Shown here: positions 38,556 through 50,254 of the stretch, in pieces | Layout: each line of letters begins with the position of its first letter | How positions within the stretch are numbered: position 1 is the stretch's first letter | From: Squalus acanthias | Lineage: Eukaryota | Direction: 5' to 3' | NCBI GenBank assembly: GCA_030390025.1 | Contig: CM059432.1 | Span: forward strand, 20,896,001-20,960,000 | Length of the DNA: 64,000 nt | Position numbers and translations under genes: made by a program | The notes under the pieces: model-generated | Told to the model about the DNA's origin: nothing | The model's database searches: none | What the model saw: only the letters and a program-made list of their open reading frames with translations

Positions 38556-39400
38556 GGGCTGGATTTTCCAAGCTCCGAGGAGGCGGGCATGGAGGCGGGA
38601 CTGCCGGTAAAGTAGCAGAAAGTGGGGGTGGATGGCAAACCCGCCCCCATCCTGCCTCCGTGCCCTTTTGCCAGGAGGCGGGAAGATGTGCTGCTTTGGG
38701 TCCCGTCTCCTGGAGGCGGGAAAGGCATTAAATCCTTTTAACTGCCTGTTAACAGGTAGTTAACAGGCAGAAAAAAGGATTAGTGCCATTTTACCTTCAC
38801 AGGTGAAGGCTTCCCGACCTCGGAGAACCCCGCCGGGTTGGAGGAGACGTGAGGAGGTCTGCGGGGGTCGGACGCACCTGGAAGTAAGACGTAGAGGTGA
38901 GTGATGGGTGCAAGTGTGGAGTGGTAAGTATGTAAGGTGAGTGATAAGTGTTCAAAAATGTTCACTTACCTTGTTTTCTTCCTACAGCCTTCATCCACCC
39001 TGGATCGGGAGACCCGACATCCTCCTTGTCGATTTCACAGACTGGCTGTTGGATCCTCCAAACCAACAGCCATCTGAAATCGACAAAGTTGAAAGGTTTG
39101 ATGAGTCCTGAACACAAGGTCTCATCAAACTACAGAGAATGTCAGTGTTTGACAGATTCACAGAGCTGTCAAACGCTGACATTTCTTCTTTCAAGAAGTC
39201 TTGACAGATAGCACGTCAGATGTTGACGTGCTCTGTCAGTGACTTCCTCCCTAATTGACCTGCTGAGCCCGCAGGGCGGGCTTAACAAGGTCAATCAGGG
39301 GAAAATCCCTCTGGTTGGTCAGACGATGATGGAGGTGGGACATTGACACGACAAGCAGCGGTCCCGCCTCCAACTTGTCTCCATTGAGAAAATCCAGCCC
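38556..39400. mobile_element. Harbinger-type MITE
   Basis: Perfect 13-bp TIR gggctggattttc / gaaaatccagccc; TSD AAT; subterminal gggcgggcttaacaag motif shared with the Myb-bearing elements. Confidence 0.88.
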
Positions 39401-40199
39401 AATATCTAGCTCTGGTCCGATTCAGTTATACTGTCTGTGTTCAGGTTGGCTATGCGTTGTGATGTACTCTTGCCAAAACCTGTTATTGACTGTTGCTCTT
39501 GTAGTTTTAAAGTTCTTTGTATTTACTGTGTTAAATTCATAGTTCCTTCTTCTGTTCCCACCATCAATGCAGTGATTAGCAGATACCTTGATAACGAATT
39601 TCTGAAACTGACTTAAAATTGGCAGAGCCAATTGTAAAAGGCATAAACTGCATCCCATTGATGACACTTGTTTATTATTACCTCTAGGTTATAAAGTTTT
39701 ATTTGATTTCTACTTTTTTAAATGATGCTGGTAATGATTTTGCAATTTTGTTGGGATGTTTATTGAATTGTCTCTGCAGGAAGGACTTATCTGAATGTTA
39801 GAAACAAGCACAGGTTCAGCAGGTGCTCTCAGGGCTGCACTTGTGGTGTATCCAGGAATGCTGACTTTTTAATTTCCACAGTTAATTATTCATTATATTT
39901 TCTGACTTCAATGGAAATAAAAACCGGGAGTGATGTAAAAATGGGCTGCTGATTTCTCTATCACCCGTTTAACACTATTGCGCAACGTCAAAATCCACCG
40001 CTACAGCTGCTGCTCCAAGTAGATTAATCAAAGAAATAGCTGGAGTCTCGTCCCAATGCTCTGCTCTCGGTTGAATTGATAGTGATTATCTAGAACACCA
40101 CTGGGCTAAAGGGTGGGGAGAATTAGCCAGGGTTCCAACTCCTGAATGCATTCGAGTGACCTCTGTTGGAAGGTGCTGGTAGATGTCAGGTGAGAGCCC

Positions 40200-41150
40200 C
40201 ATTATTTTGAGTCTTTCTTCATATTTGTATTCCCTCATACCAGGCAGCATCTTATTGAAACTGTGCTTTACTGTCTCTCTTGCCTCAACATCCTTCCTAA
40301 AATGTGGAGCCCAAAATTGCACACTGTACTCTGTGCTCTTGTGATGGTTTTATATAGATTTACTTATATGTTAATCATGTCGATTTTCACAATATGGGCA
40401 TCCCTGCTGTAGGATACAGCATTTTTGGTTGCTGTAGATTGTATGCTATTCTCAAACTCATGGAATACAATTGCAAAGTATTTACAGCATAGAAACTGTC
40501 CATTCGGCCCAACAGGTCTATGTCGGTGTTTATGCTCCACACAAGCCTCCTCCCTCCCTACTTCATCTAAGCCTATCACCACATCCTTCCATTTCTCCCT
40601 CGTGTACTTATCTAGCTTGCCCTTAAATGCATCTATGTTATTTGCCTCAACTAATCCATAGGGTAGCAAGTTCCACATTCTAACCACTCTCTGGGTATAT
40701 CCATTTGATGCACTGGTCTATACCTCAATTATTCCCTGTAACAAAGCATTTCAAACTCAAACAACTAACTCTGCACTCTGTAAAGAAATTTACATAGAAT
40801 TTACAGCACAGAAACAGGCCATTCGGCCCATCAGGTCAATGTCAGTATTTATGTTCCACACGAGCCTCCTCCCACCCTACTTCATCTCAACCTATTAACA
40901 TATCCTTCTACCGCTTTCTCCCTCATGTACTTATCTAGTTTCCCCTTGAATGCATCTATGCTAGTCACCTCAATTAGTTCCACATTCTCACCATTTTCTG
41001 AGTAAAGAAGTTTCTCCTGAATTCCTTATTTGATTTACTAGTGATGATCTTATATTTATAGCCCCGAGTATTGGACACCCTCTCAAGTGGAAACATCTCT
41101 ACGTCTACTCCATCGAACCAGTTCATAATTTTAAAGAACTCTACAAGGTC
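40200..41150 (-). mobile_element. Cluster of CR1 3' fragments
   Basis: Minus-strand translations QFWAPHFRKDV and VRMWNLLPYGLVEANNIDAFKGKLDKY; two CR1 tails. Confidence 0.75.
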
Positions 41151-42024
41151 GGCACAATATCAGGTGGCCCAGATGCTGACCCGGTCAGCGGACAATTAGG
41201 TCTCAGGGGGCGGGGGGGGATGATCATGGATGATGGGGTGGGATGGAGGGTGGGAGCCTGGGGCAGCAGTGGCGCACATTATTCTTGTGGAGCCTGGAGG
41301 AACATTTCTGCTCCTTATGGCCTCACAGATAATTTTATACTTGCCCCTTTGGGGCCGCTTCTTCTTGCACATCAGGTTTTACTGAGCGGAGCATGCATGA
41401 CGCATGTTCTGCCCATTTGGCCCTCTAAATTGTATCGGGGTTTGAAGTACATCAGAGAACTCTGATTTGTATAAATTAACAAGGCTGGTGCTTGATTCGG
41501 GCAAAGACCTGGACATGAGTTCCAGCGGGACAGAAACAGGCCAGTGAGTCGACCACCTCGATTTTAAATCCACTACCGACCAATTTTTACCTGGCCAAGA
41601 GAGTTAAAATAGCCTCTTTTTACTTACTATTATCAAGCCTTCTATTAAACAAAAATTGTATGTGGGAGTGATCAGGTGCTGCATCATAATATTGCAGTGA
41701 TGCACTTTCATGGAGCAGTAGAAGGTAGCTTCTTGTCTACCAATTTCTGCACCATAAGTTTGGAAAAGGGGGCAGGAAGAGAGTTAGAAGTTGAGTCAAC
41801 CCATTCAGCTATTATGCACCTCCCAGTCAACTGTTCAGTGTAGGATTGCCATGGATCAAGCATTAGGTCTTCTTTAGTTCAAACATTGGTTTGTGCCACG
41901 AGGGCTCATAATACACAAAATTGAAGGAAGAGAATGTAAATAAATGGACTCTTGTGACAAGGAATGCTCCTGCAGTGCAGCCAGGTCTATCGGGCCCCAT
42001 GACAATTCATTAATTTGTTAATTC

Positions 42025-42240
42025 ATTTAAAAAAAAATAATTCTTGGGATGTGGGCATGGCTGGCAAGACCGGTATTTATTGCCCATCCTGAGTTGCCCT
42101 GGATACACTGAGTGACTTGCTATGATACTTCAGAGGGTAGAGTCAACCTCGCTGGTGAGTCACATATAGGCCAGACCGGGTAAAGACAACAGGTTTCCTT
42201 CCCTGAAGGACGTTAGTGAACCAGATGAGTTTTTATGAGA
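42025..42240 (-). mobile_element. Bipartite SINE copy (5' region joined directly to the 3' tail)
   Basis: Reverse complement joins the 43400-43530-like body to the gggcaataaat...gccagc...cccacatccc tail. Confidence 0.7.
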
Positions 42241-43218
42241 ATTTTTTTTTAAATTCATTCCTGGGATGTGGGCGTTGCTGGCAAAGCCAGCATTTATTGC
42301 CCATCCCTAATTGCCCTTGAGACAGTGGTGGTGAGCCGCCTTCTTGAACTGCTGCAGTCCATGTGGTGATGGTACTCCCACAGTGCTGTTATGGAGGGAG
42401 CACCAGGATTTTGACCCAGCGACCATGAAGGACCGGCGATATACTTCCAAGTCAGGATGGTGTGTAACTTCGAGGGGAACTTGCAGGTGATGGTGTTCCC
42501 ATGCATCTGTTGCCTAGGTGGTAGAGGTCGGGGGTTTGGGAGGTGCTGCCGAAGAAGTCTTGGCGAGTTGCTGCAGTGCATTTTGTAGATGGTACGCACT
42601 GCAGCCACGGTACGCCTGTGGTGGAGGGAGTGAATGTTTAAGGTGGTGGATGGGGTGCCAATCAAGCGGGCTGCTTTGTCCTGGATGGTGTCAAGCTTCT
42701 TGAGTGTTGTTGGAGCTGCGCTCATCCAGGCAAGTGGCGAGTATTCCATCACACTCCTGACTTCTGCCTTGTACATGGTGGAAAGGCTTTGGGGAGTCAG
42801 GAGGTGAGACACTCACCGCAGAATACCCAGCCTCTGACCTGCTCTTGTTGCCACAGTATTTATGTGTCCAGTTTGTGTGGTGAAGGTACTCCCACAGTGC
42901 TGTTATGGAGGGAGTTCCAGGATTTTGACCCAGCAACAATGAAGGAACGGCGATATACTTCCAGTTAAGTTTCTGGTCAATGGTGACCCCAGGATGTTGA
43001 TGGTGGGAATGGTAATGCTGTTGAATGTCAAGGGGCAATGGTTAGACTCTCGCTTGTTGGAGATAGTCATTGCCTTAGCACTTGTGTGGCGTGAATGTTA
43101 CTTGCCACTTGTCAGCCCAAGCCTGAATGTTGTCCAGGTCTTGCTGCATGCGGGCATGGGCTGCTTCATTATCTGAGGTGTTGCAAATGGCACTGAACAC
43201 TGCGCAGTCATCAGCGAA
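42241..43218 (-). mobile_element. 3' part of an APE-RT LINE (CR1-group), minus strand
   Basis: ORF ...LSTMYKAEVRSVMEYSPLAW...KKLDTIQDKAARLIG (RT C-terminal region); poly-T and tail at 42241. Confidence 0.85.
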
Positions 43219-45741
43219 CGGCAGCATAGTGGTTATGTTACTGGACTAGTAATCCAGAGGCCTGGACGAATAATCCAGAGACGTGAGTTCAAATCCCACC
43301 ATGGCAGCTGTGGAATTTAAATTAAGTTAATTAAATAAATCTGGAATAAAGAAAGCTAGCATCAGTAATGGTGACCATGAAACTATCGGATTGTCATAAA
43401 AACCCATGTGGTTCATTAATGTCCTTTAGGGTAGGAAATCTGCCATCCTTACCTGGTCTGGCCTATATGTGACACCAGACCTACAGCAATGTGGTTGACT
43501 CTTAACTGCCCTCTGAAATGACCTAGCAAGCCACCCAGTTGTACACAACCGTTACGAAAAACAATAATAAGAATGAAACCGGATGGACCACCCGGCATCG
43601 ACCTCGGCACCGGCTTCGGATATGACAACGGCACACCCAGCCCAGTCGAACTGGCAAAGTCCTCCTCACTAACATCTGGAGACTTGTGCCAAAATTGGGA
43701 GAGTTGTCCCACAGACTAGTCAAGCAACAGCCTGACATAGTCATACTCACAGAATCATACCTTTCAGCCAATGTCCCAGATTCCTCCATCACCATCCCTG
43801 GGTATGTCCTGTCCAACCGGCAGGACAGACCCACCAGGGGTGGCGGCACTGTGGTATCCAGTCAGGAGGGAGTGGCCATGGGAGTCCTCAACGTTGACTC
43901 CGGACTCCATGGCTTCAGGTCAAACATGGGCAAGGAAACCTCCTACTGATTACCACCTATCACCCTCCCTCAGCTGATGAATCAGTACTCCGCCATGTTG
44001 AACACCACTTGGAAGAAGCACTGAGGGAAGCAAGGGCACAGAATGTACTCTGGGTGGGGGACTTCAATGTCCATCACCAAGAGTGGCTTGGTAGCACCAC
44101 TACTGGCCAAGCTGGCTGAGTCCTGAAGGACATAGCTGCCAGACTGGGCCTGTGGCAGGTGGTGAGAGAACCAACACGAGGGAAAAACCTACTTGACCTC
44201 ATCCTCACTAATCTACCTGTCGCAGATGTATCTGTCCATGACAGCATTGGTAGAAGTGACCACCACATAGTCATTGTGGAGATGAAATCCTGTCTTCAGA
44301 CTGAGGACACCCTCCATTGTGTTGTGTGGCACTACCACCGTGCTAAATGGGACAGATTCAGAACAGATCTAGAAGTTCAAAACTGGGCATCCGTGAGGTG
44401 CTGTGGGCCATCAGCAGCAGCAGAATTGTATTCCACCACAATCTGTAACCTCATGGCCCGGCATATCCCTCACTCTACCATTACCATCAAGCCAGGGGAC
44501 CAACACTGGTTCAATGAGGAGTGCAGAAGAGCATGCCAGGAGCAGCACCAGGCATACCTACAAATGAGGTGCCAACCTGGGGAAGCTGCAACACAGGACT
44601 GCATGCATGCTAAACAGCAGAAGCAGCATGCTATAGACAGAGCTAGGCAATCCCACAATCAATGGATCAGATCAAAGCTCTGCAGTCATGCCACATCCAG
44701 TCGTGAATGGTGGTGGACAACTAAACAACTAACGGGAGGAGGCTCCATGAATATACCCATCCTCAATGATGACGGAGCCTAGCACGTGAGTGCAAAAGAC
44801 AAGGCTGAAGCGTTTGCAACCATCTTGAGCCAGAAGTGCCAAGTGGATGATCTATATCGGCCTCCTCTTGAGTGCCCCAGCATCACAGAAGCCAGTCTTC
44901 AGCCAATTCGATTCACTCCACGTGATATCAAGAAACGGCTGAGTGCACTGGATACAGCAAAGGCTATGGGCCCTGACAACATCCCAGCTGTCGTGCTGAA
45001 GACTTGTGCTCCAAAACTAGCCGCACCTCTAGCCAAGCTGTTCCAGTACAGCTATAACACTGGCATCTACCCGACAATTTGGAAAACTGTCCAGATATGT
45101 CCTGTCCACAAAAAGCAGGACAAATCCAATCCAGCCAATTACCGCCCCATTAGCCTACTCTCAATCATCAGCAAAGTGATGGAAGGTGTCATCAACAGTG
45201 CTATCAACGGCACTTACTCACCAATTACCTGCTCATCGATGCTCAGTTTGGGTTCTGCCAGGACCACTCGGTTCAAGACCTCATTACAGTCTTGACCCAA
45301 AAATGGACAAAGGAGCTGAATTCCAGAGGTGAGGTGAGAGTGACTGCCCTTGACATCAAGGCAGCATTTGACCGAGTGTGGCATCAAAGAGCTCTAGTAA
45401 AATTGAACTCAGTGGGAATCAGGGGGAAAACTCTCCACTGGCTGGAGTCATACCTAGCACAAAGGAAGATGGTTGTAGTTGTTGGAGGTCAATCATCTCA
45501 GCCCCAGGACATCACTGCAGGAGTTTCTCAGGGCAGTGTCCTAGGCCCAACCATCTTTAGCTGCTTCATCAATGGCCTTCCTTCCATCATAAGGACAGAA
45601 GTGGGGATGTTCGCTGATGTCTGCACAGTGTTCAATTCCATTCGCAACTCCTCAGATAATGAAGCAGTCCATGCCCGAATGCAACAAGACCTGGATGACA
45701 TTCAGGCTTGGGCTGATAAGTGGCAAGTAACATTCGCGCCA
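43219..45741 (+). mobile_element. tRNA-headed LINE: Pol III-like head, short leader, then a decayed APE endonuclease-RT reading frame (from about 43656); 3' end absent
   Basis: KVLLTNIW...PDIVILTESYL...RQDRPTRGGG, GDFN, PTRGKNLLDLILTN, SDH (APE); KAMGPDNIP, NYRPISLLS, ALDIKAAFDRVWH, GVSQGSVLGPTIF, MFAD (RT). Confidence 0.88.
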
Positions 45742-46115
45742 CATCACTTTGCTGATGATTCAGAGTAGGCTGATGATTGAGAGTAGACTGATGGGGCGGT
45801 AATTGGACAGATTTGCCCTGCTTTTTCTGGACAGGACAGACCTGGGCAGTTTTCCACATTGTCGGGTTATAGCTGTACTGGAACAGTTTGGCTAGAGGTA
45901 CGGCAGCTGGGATGTTGTCGGAGCCCATAGCCTTTGCTGTATCTGACAACTTCATGGCCACATTTACTAATACCAGCTTTTTGTTCCAGATTTTTTTTAA
46001 TCCAAATTCAAATTCTCAAATTGTCGTGGTGGGATTTGAATTTGCGTTCTCATGGTTATTAGTCCAGGCCTCTGGATTACTCGTCCAGTAACATAACTAC
46101 TGCACTACTGTATCC
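45742..46115 (-). mobile_element. Minus-strand, internally deleted 5' remainder of the same LINE family, including the tRNA head
   Basis: Reverse complement gives DTAKAMGSDNIP...LAKLFQYSYN and the head gtagttatgttactggacgagtaatccagaggcctggac...ttcaaatcccacc. Confidence 0.75.
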
Positions 46116-46784
46116 GTTACTGAGCTAAAGGCCAGACGCAAATCTATGTAACAAATTACCTTTCTAATTTGTTACATTTAAGTATTATTCTCCGTTGCTC
46201 TTAAAAAAAAAATGAGTGATAAAATGAGTGTGCTAAGAATGTTATTATTGGAACTTGTTATTTGACACCTACTGGAAAACTGAAAAACTGTAGGATTGAA
46301 AAGCAACATTATTATTTACACGTTAAAATGAATTTAATTATCACAGATACAGTGCAAATTATTCTGGGAAATAAAAGTGCTTGAGATTCTATGCTCACTT
46401 GATAACAGACCGTTGAGAGTTTGTAATCCCGCTCGCGTTAAATGGCCTTGGTAGCTTTCAACAATATTGTCAATTCTGTATTATAACAGCCGATTATATT
46501 CTCCCGGACGGTCATTGTGCTATCCATATTATTTATAGCCGACACAGTCTGTCTCGCTTATTATTTTCTGTGGAAGATCATTGTGGCATGAGGATTGTGC
46601 AGGAATACTGAAATCTGAAGGTAGTCCATGTCACCCAACCCTTCTACTTTGAAACAATCCTCAATGTTATGTTTCCTTTCAATCACCATATTACTAATCC
46701 TTTAGTCCATGAACCAGAGTATTGAATTTGGAGAAATATTTTGCACTGCTAACAGTCCTGTAGCAAATTGCCATAGGAAACTAT

Positions 46785-47547
46785 GGCCCAGAAATTTGAC
46801 TCGGAGGCTTGCCGCGGGGGTAAGGATCCCCCGCGATATCACACTCCGCGCCGGCCGTTGTGTTTTGGGCCCACAGGAACTTCGGGTCCTGGGCCTCTCC
46901 CTAGTGCCGGCGTGCAGTGTGTGCGTGTCCCAGGGGCGCAGTTAATGCGATGCGACTTCTGGGATCACGTGGGCCATGGAGAGCCAATGGCAGCCCACCA
47001 TCTTTCATTCATAGATTTGACAGGGACCTGTCAAATCTGTGAATTGAAAGAGACCCCAAAAGAACAGCTAAACCTCAAATAAATTAAAAAAAAAACCATC
47101 ACATTAATAAAATAACTATAGTTAAATAAATTAACCACTTTAAACAAAAATTTAAATTTTTGAAAAAATAATTTTTTTTAAAAAAAGTTATAAAAATAAA
47201 CTTACCTTTCTTTAAAGTCTCTAAAAAAGATAAACCTGTTGAAAAAAATTAAAAATTATACTTAATTAACTACTTACCTTGTTCAAAAGGGGTCTTACGC
47301 CTCCTTTTTTCATGTGTAAAATCTTCCATACTTACCCTCGCGTTGCAACCTGAAAAAAAACCTAAGTGTGCTGCGTGCGCGCAGCCTGTAGCGCGCACGC
47401 GGTTCACTTAGGAACCGCCCCCTTCGCAATATCGGAAGTGCCGGTTTCCCGCGCATGCGCAGTGCATGCAGGAAACCGGCACTTTGGGACCGAATACGGG
47501 TGAGTACGCAGCGGGTACTCTCCCGTATTCGGCCGAATTTTTGGGCC
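46785..47547. mobile_element. Harbinger-type MITE related to family B
   Basis: TIRs ggcccagaaatt / aatttttgggcc; TSD TAT; AT-rich core; subterminal hairpins. Confidence 0.85.
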
Positions 47548-47679
47548 TATGTTTTGCTAATCCTCTCTAAAGTTATGTAATCAAATGATCAGGGCCAAAA
47601 ACTACTAATAACTATTTTCCTTGATTTTAAAAAGGAAGGTCTCCATAGCCAAGCAAGGATGGTACAAGGTATAAACACA

Positions 47680-48620
47680 ACAACAATTTGCATTTATAAA
47701 GCACAGTTAACGTACCAAAATTTCTCAAGGCGCTTCACAGCAGCGTTAAGACAGAATTTGATAACGGGCCACAGAAGGAGATATTAGGACAGGTGACCAA
47801 AAGTTTGGTCAAAGAGGTCGGCTTTAAGGAGCGTCTTAAAACAGGAGACAGATAGAGAGGTCGAGAGGTGTAGGGAGGGAATTCCAGAGCTTAGGGCCAA
47901 GATAGCTGAAGGCACGGCCGCCACTAGTGGAACGAAGGACGGAAAGCGGGAATGCACACAAGACCAGAATTGCAGCGTTCTCGGAGGGTTGTAGTTCTGG
48001 GGGGGCGGGGGGGGGGACCGGGAGCTAATGTGGGTCAGTGAGCCCAGGGGTGATGGGCAATGTTCCCTTTAAGCTGTGTGGCCATGCTGCACAGCCGGCT
48101 CACCAGCTCACCGGCTTTTAGATGGAAAAAACCATGCATGCACGGTATTTGGAATGGCCCGCGCAGCCCCTTAAAGGAGTCGTGCCCCCCTCCCCCCCAA
48201 AAAAAATTAAAGGGAACATTGGCGATGGGTGATCGGTACTTGGTGCGAGTTAGGATACGGGCAGCAGAGTTTTGGATGATCTGAAGTTTACTGAGGGTGG
48301 AAGATGGGGGGCGAGTGGCAGGAGTGTATTGAAATAATCGAGTCTGGAGGTAATAAGAGCATGGATGAGGGTTTCAGCAGCAGATGGGCTGAGGCAGGGG
48401 CGGAGACGGATGAAAATACAGTAGTGGAAGTAGGCAATCTTGGTGATGAAGAGGATAGGTCAGGGTCAAATAGGACACCGAGGTTGTCTGGTTCAGCCTC
48501 AGACACTGGCCAGGCAGGGGAATAGAATGGAGTTTGTGGCGGGGGGGGGGGCGAAGATAATTGTTTTGGTCTTCACAATATTTAATTGGAGGAAATCTCT
48601 GCTCATCCAATCCTGTGACA
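47680..48620 (-). mobile_element. L2-type LINE 3' fragments
   Basis: Minus-strand WMSRDFLQLNIVKTK and NLGVLFDPDLS; tail tataaatgcaaattgttgttg. Confidence 0.72.
48058..48221. mobile_element. 164-bp hAT MITE inserted in the L2 fragment
   Basis: TIR caatgttccctttaa / ttaaagggaacattg; 8-bp TSD gtgatggg / gcgatggg. Confidence 0.85.
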
Positions 48621-49669
48621 ATGCAGTAAGGACCAGACGCACAAAGAACTCTGCCCACGTTGCCCTGCCAATCTGACTAAACCCCAACATCAGAACAATA
48701 GGTTGCCCGATGGTCATATTTCTATTTCCAATTTAATCTATCTCATGACGTTAAAGGCGCTATATAAATATAAGTTGTTGTTTCAATGTGAGAGTGTTGA
48801 ATCTCAGTCCTGCTCTTCCGATATGACTGGATTACAAATACCTGCCAAAGTTGTTTGCAGTTCTTATCCATTAGCATCATAGAATGATGCAGCACAGAAG
48901 GAGGCCATTTGGCCCACCGTGCCTGTGCTGGTACAATTACGGCATTGTTACTTTTTGAGATACACGTAACACTGGTGATATCTGAGCTGAGAGTAGCATA
49001 AATACAGAGCATGATTAGTGTTGTTTATCCAGAATTTATGTGTAGTTTTGGGTTGTGGAATTTTGTTTCTGTCCATTTTTTGACATTAGGAGTATTTGAG
49101 CATGGTTTTCAAAGTGATTTTCGTGAAGACTTTCTAGAGGTTATACTTGAAACAGAATAGAAGATTAGCCACAGACAGACACAGTGAACATTAACAGAAT
49201 TTTTAATGTACACAAGCAGAATAGAGTGAGTACCGCTGATTTAAGTGTCATTACACCAGACTCATAGCAGAAAGAAAACATTGCATTTCCAAGTACTGTA
49301 GGTAGAAGTATATTTTCAGTCTCAATGTAGAAAGGGGTTGCCTTTGGGCATTATCTGTGAGCTTGGGAGTTATACAAGTTACACCTTATAGTGCAGAGGG
49401 CACAGCATAGCTCCTGATGAATTATAAGATAATGATCTAATTGAGGGTTTGATTGAGATCCTGAACTGAGAGAATCGTGCTGTTGTGTGATGAAGAGTCT
49501 CACAGGCTGTGAATCTCACAGCATTCAATTTTACCTTTGAGCAGGGAATTGCACTAAAATTTAATTCTTTACATCTCCTTTGAGTTGCTCTTGTCTCACT
49601 GAAAAAAAAACCCAAATGAATACATATATGAATCTAATATTTGGCGATGCGCTGCATCATTTTATTGTA

Positions 49670-50240
49670 TTGCTGAAACCCTCATCCATGCCTTTGTTAC
49701 CTCTAGACTTGACTATTCCAATGCTCTCCTGGCCGACCTCTCATCTTCCATCCTCCATAAACGAGTGTTCATCCAAAACTCCGCTGCCCATATCTTGCCC
49801 TGTGCTTGCACTGGCTCCCGCTCTAACAACGCCTCAATTTTAACATCGGTCATCCTTGTTTTCAAATCCCCCCATGACCTCGCCCCTCCCTAGCTCTGTA
49901 ACCTCCTCCAGCCGTATAAGCCTTCGAGATCTCTGCGCTCCTCCAATTCCGGCAGCTTGAGCATCCCCGATTTTAATCGCTCAACCATTGGCGGCCGTGC
50001 TTTCAGCTGCCTTGGCACTGAGCTCTGGAATTCCCTCCCTAAACCTTTCCATCTCTCTGCCTCACTTTCCTACTTTAAGATGCTCCTAAAAACCTACGTC
50101 TTTGACCAAGCTTTTGGTCATCTGTCATAATAGCTCCTACTGTGGCTTAGTATCGACATTTTTTTTATTAATAACGCTCTTGTTAAGCGGCTTGGGACAT
50201 TTTGCTACTTTAAAGGCACTATATAAATGCAAGTTGTTGA
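49670..50240 (+). mobile_element. L2 LINE 3' end
   Basis: ctcatccatgcctttgttacctctagacttgactattccaatgc (LIHAFVTSRLDYSN); tail ctatataaatgcaagttgttg. Confidence 0.82.
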
Positions 50241-50254
50241 TCAAGAGTGTTGGG

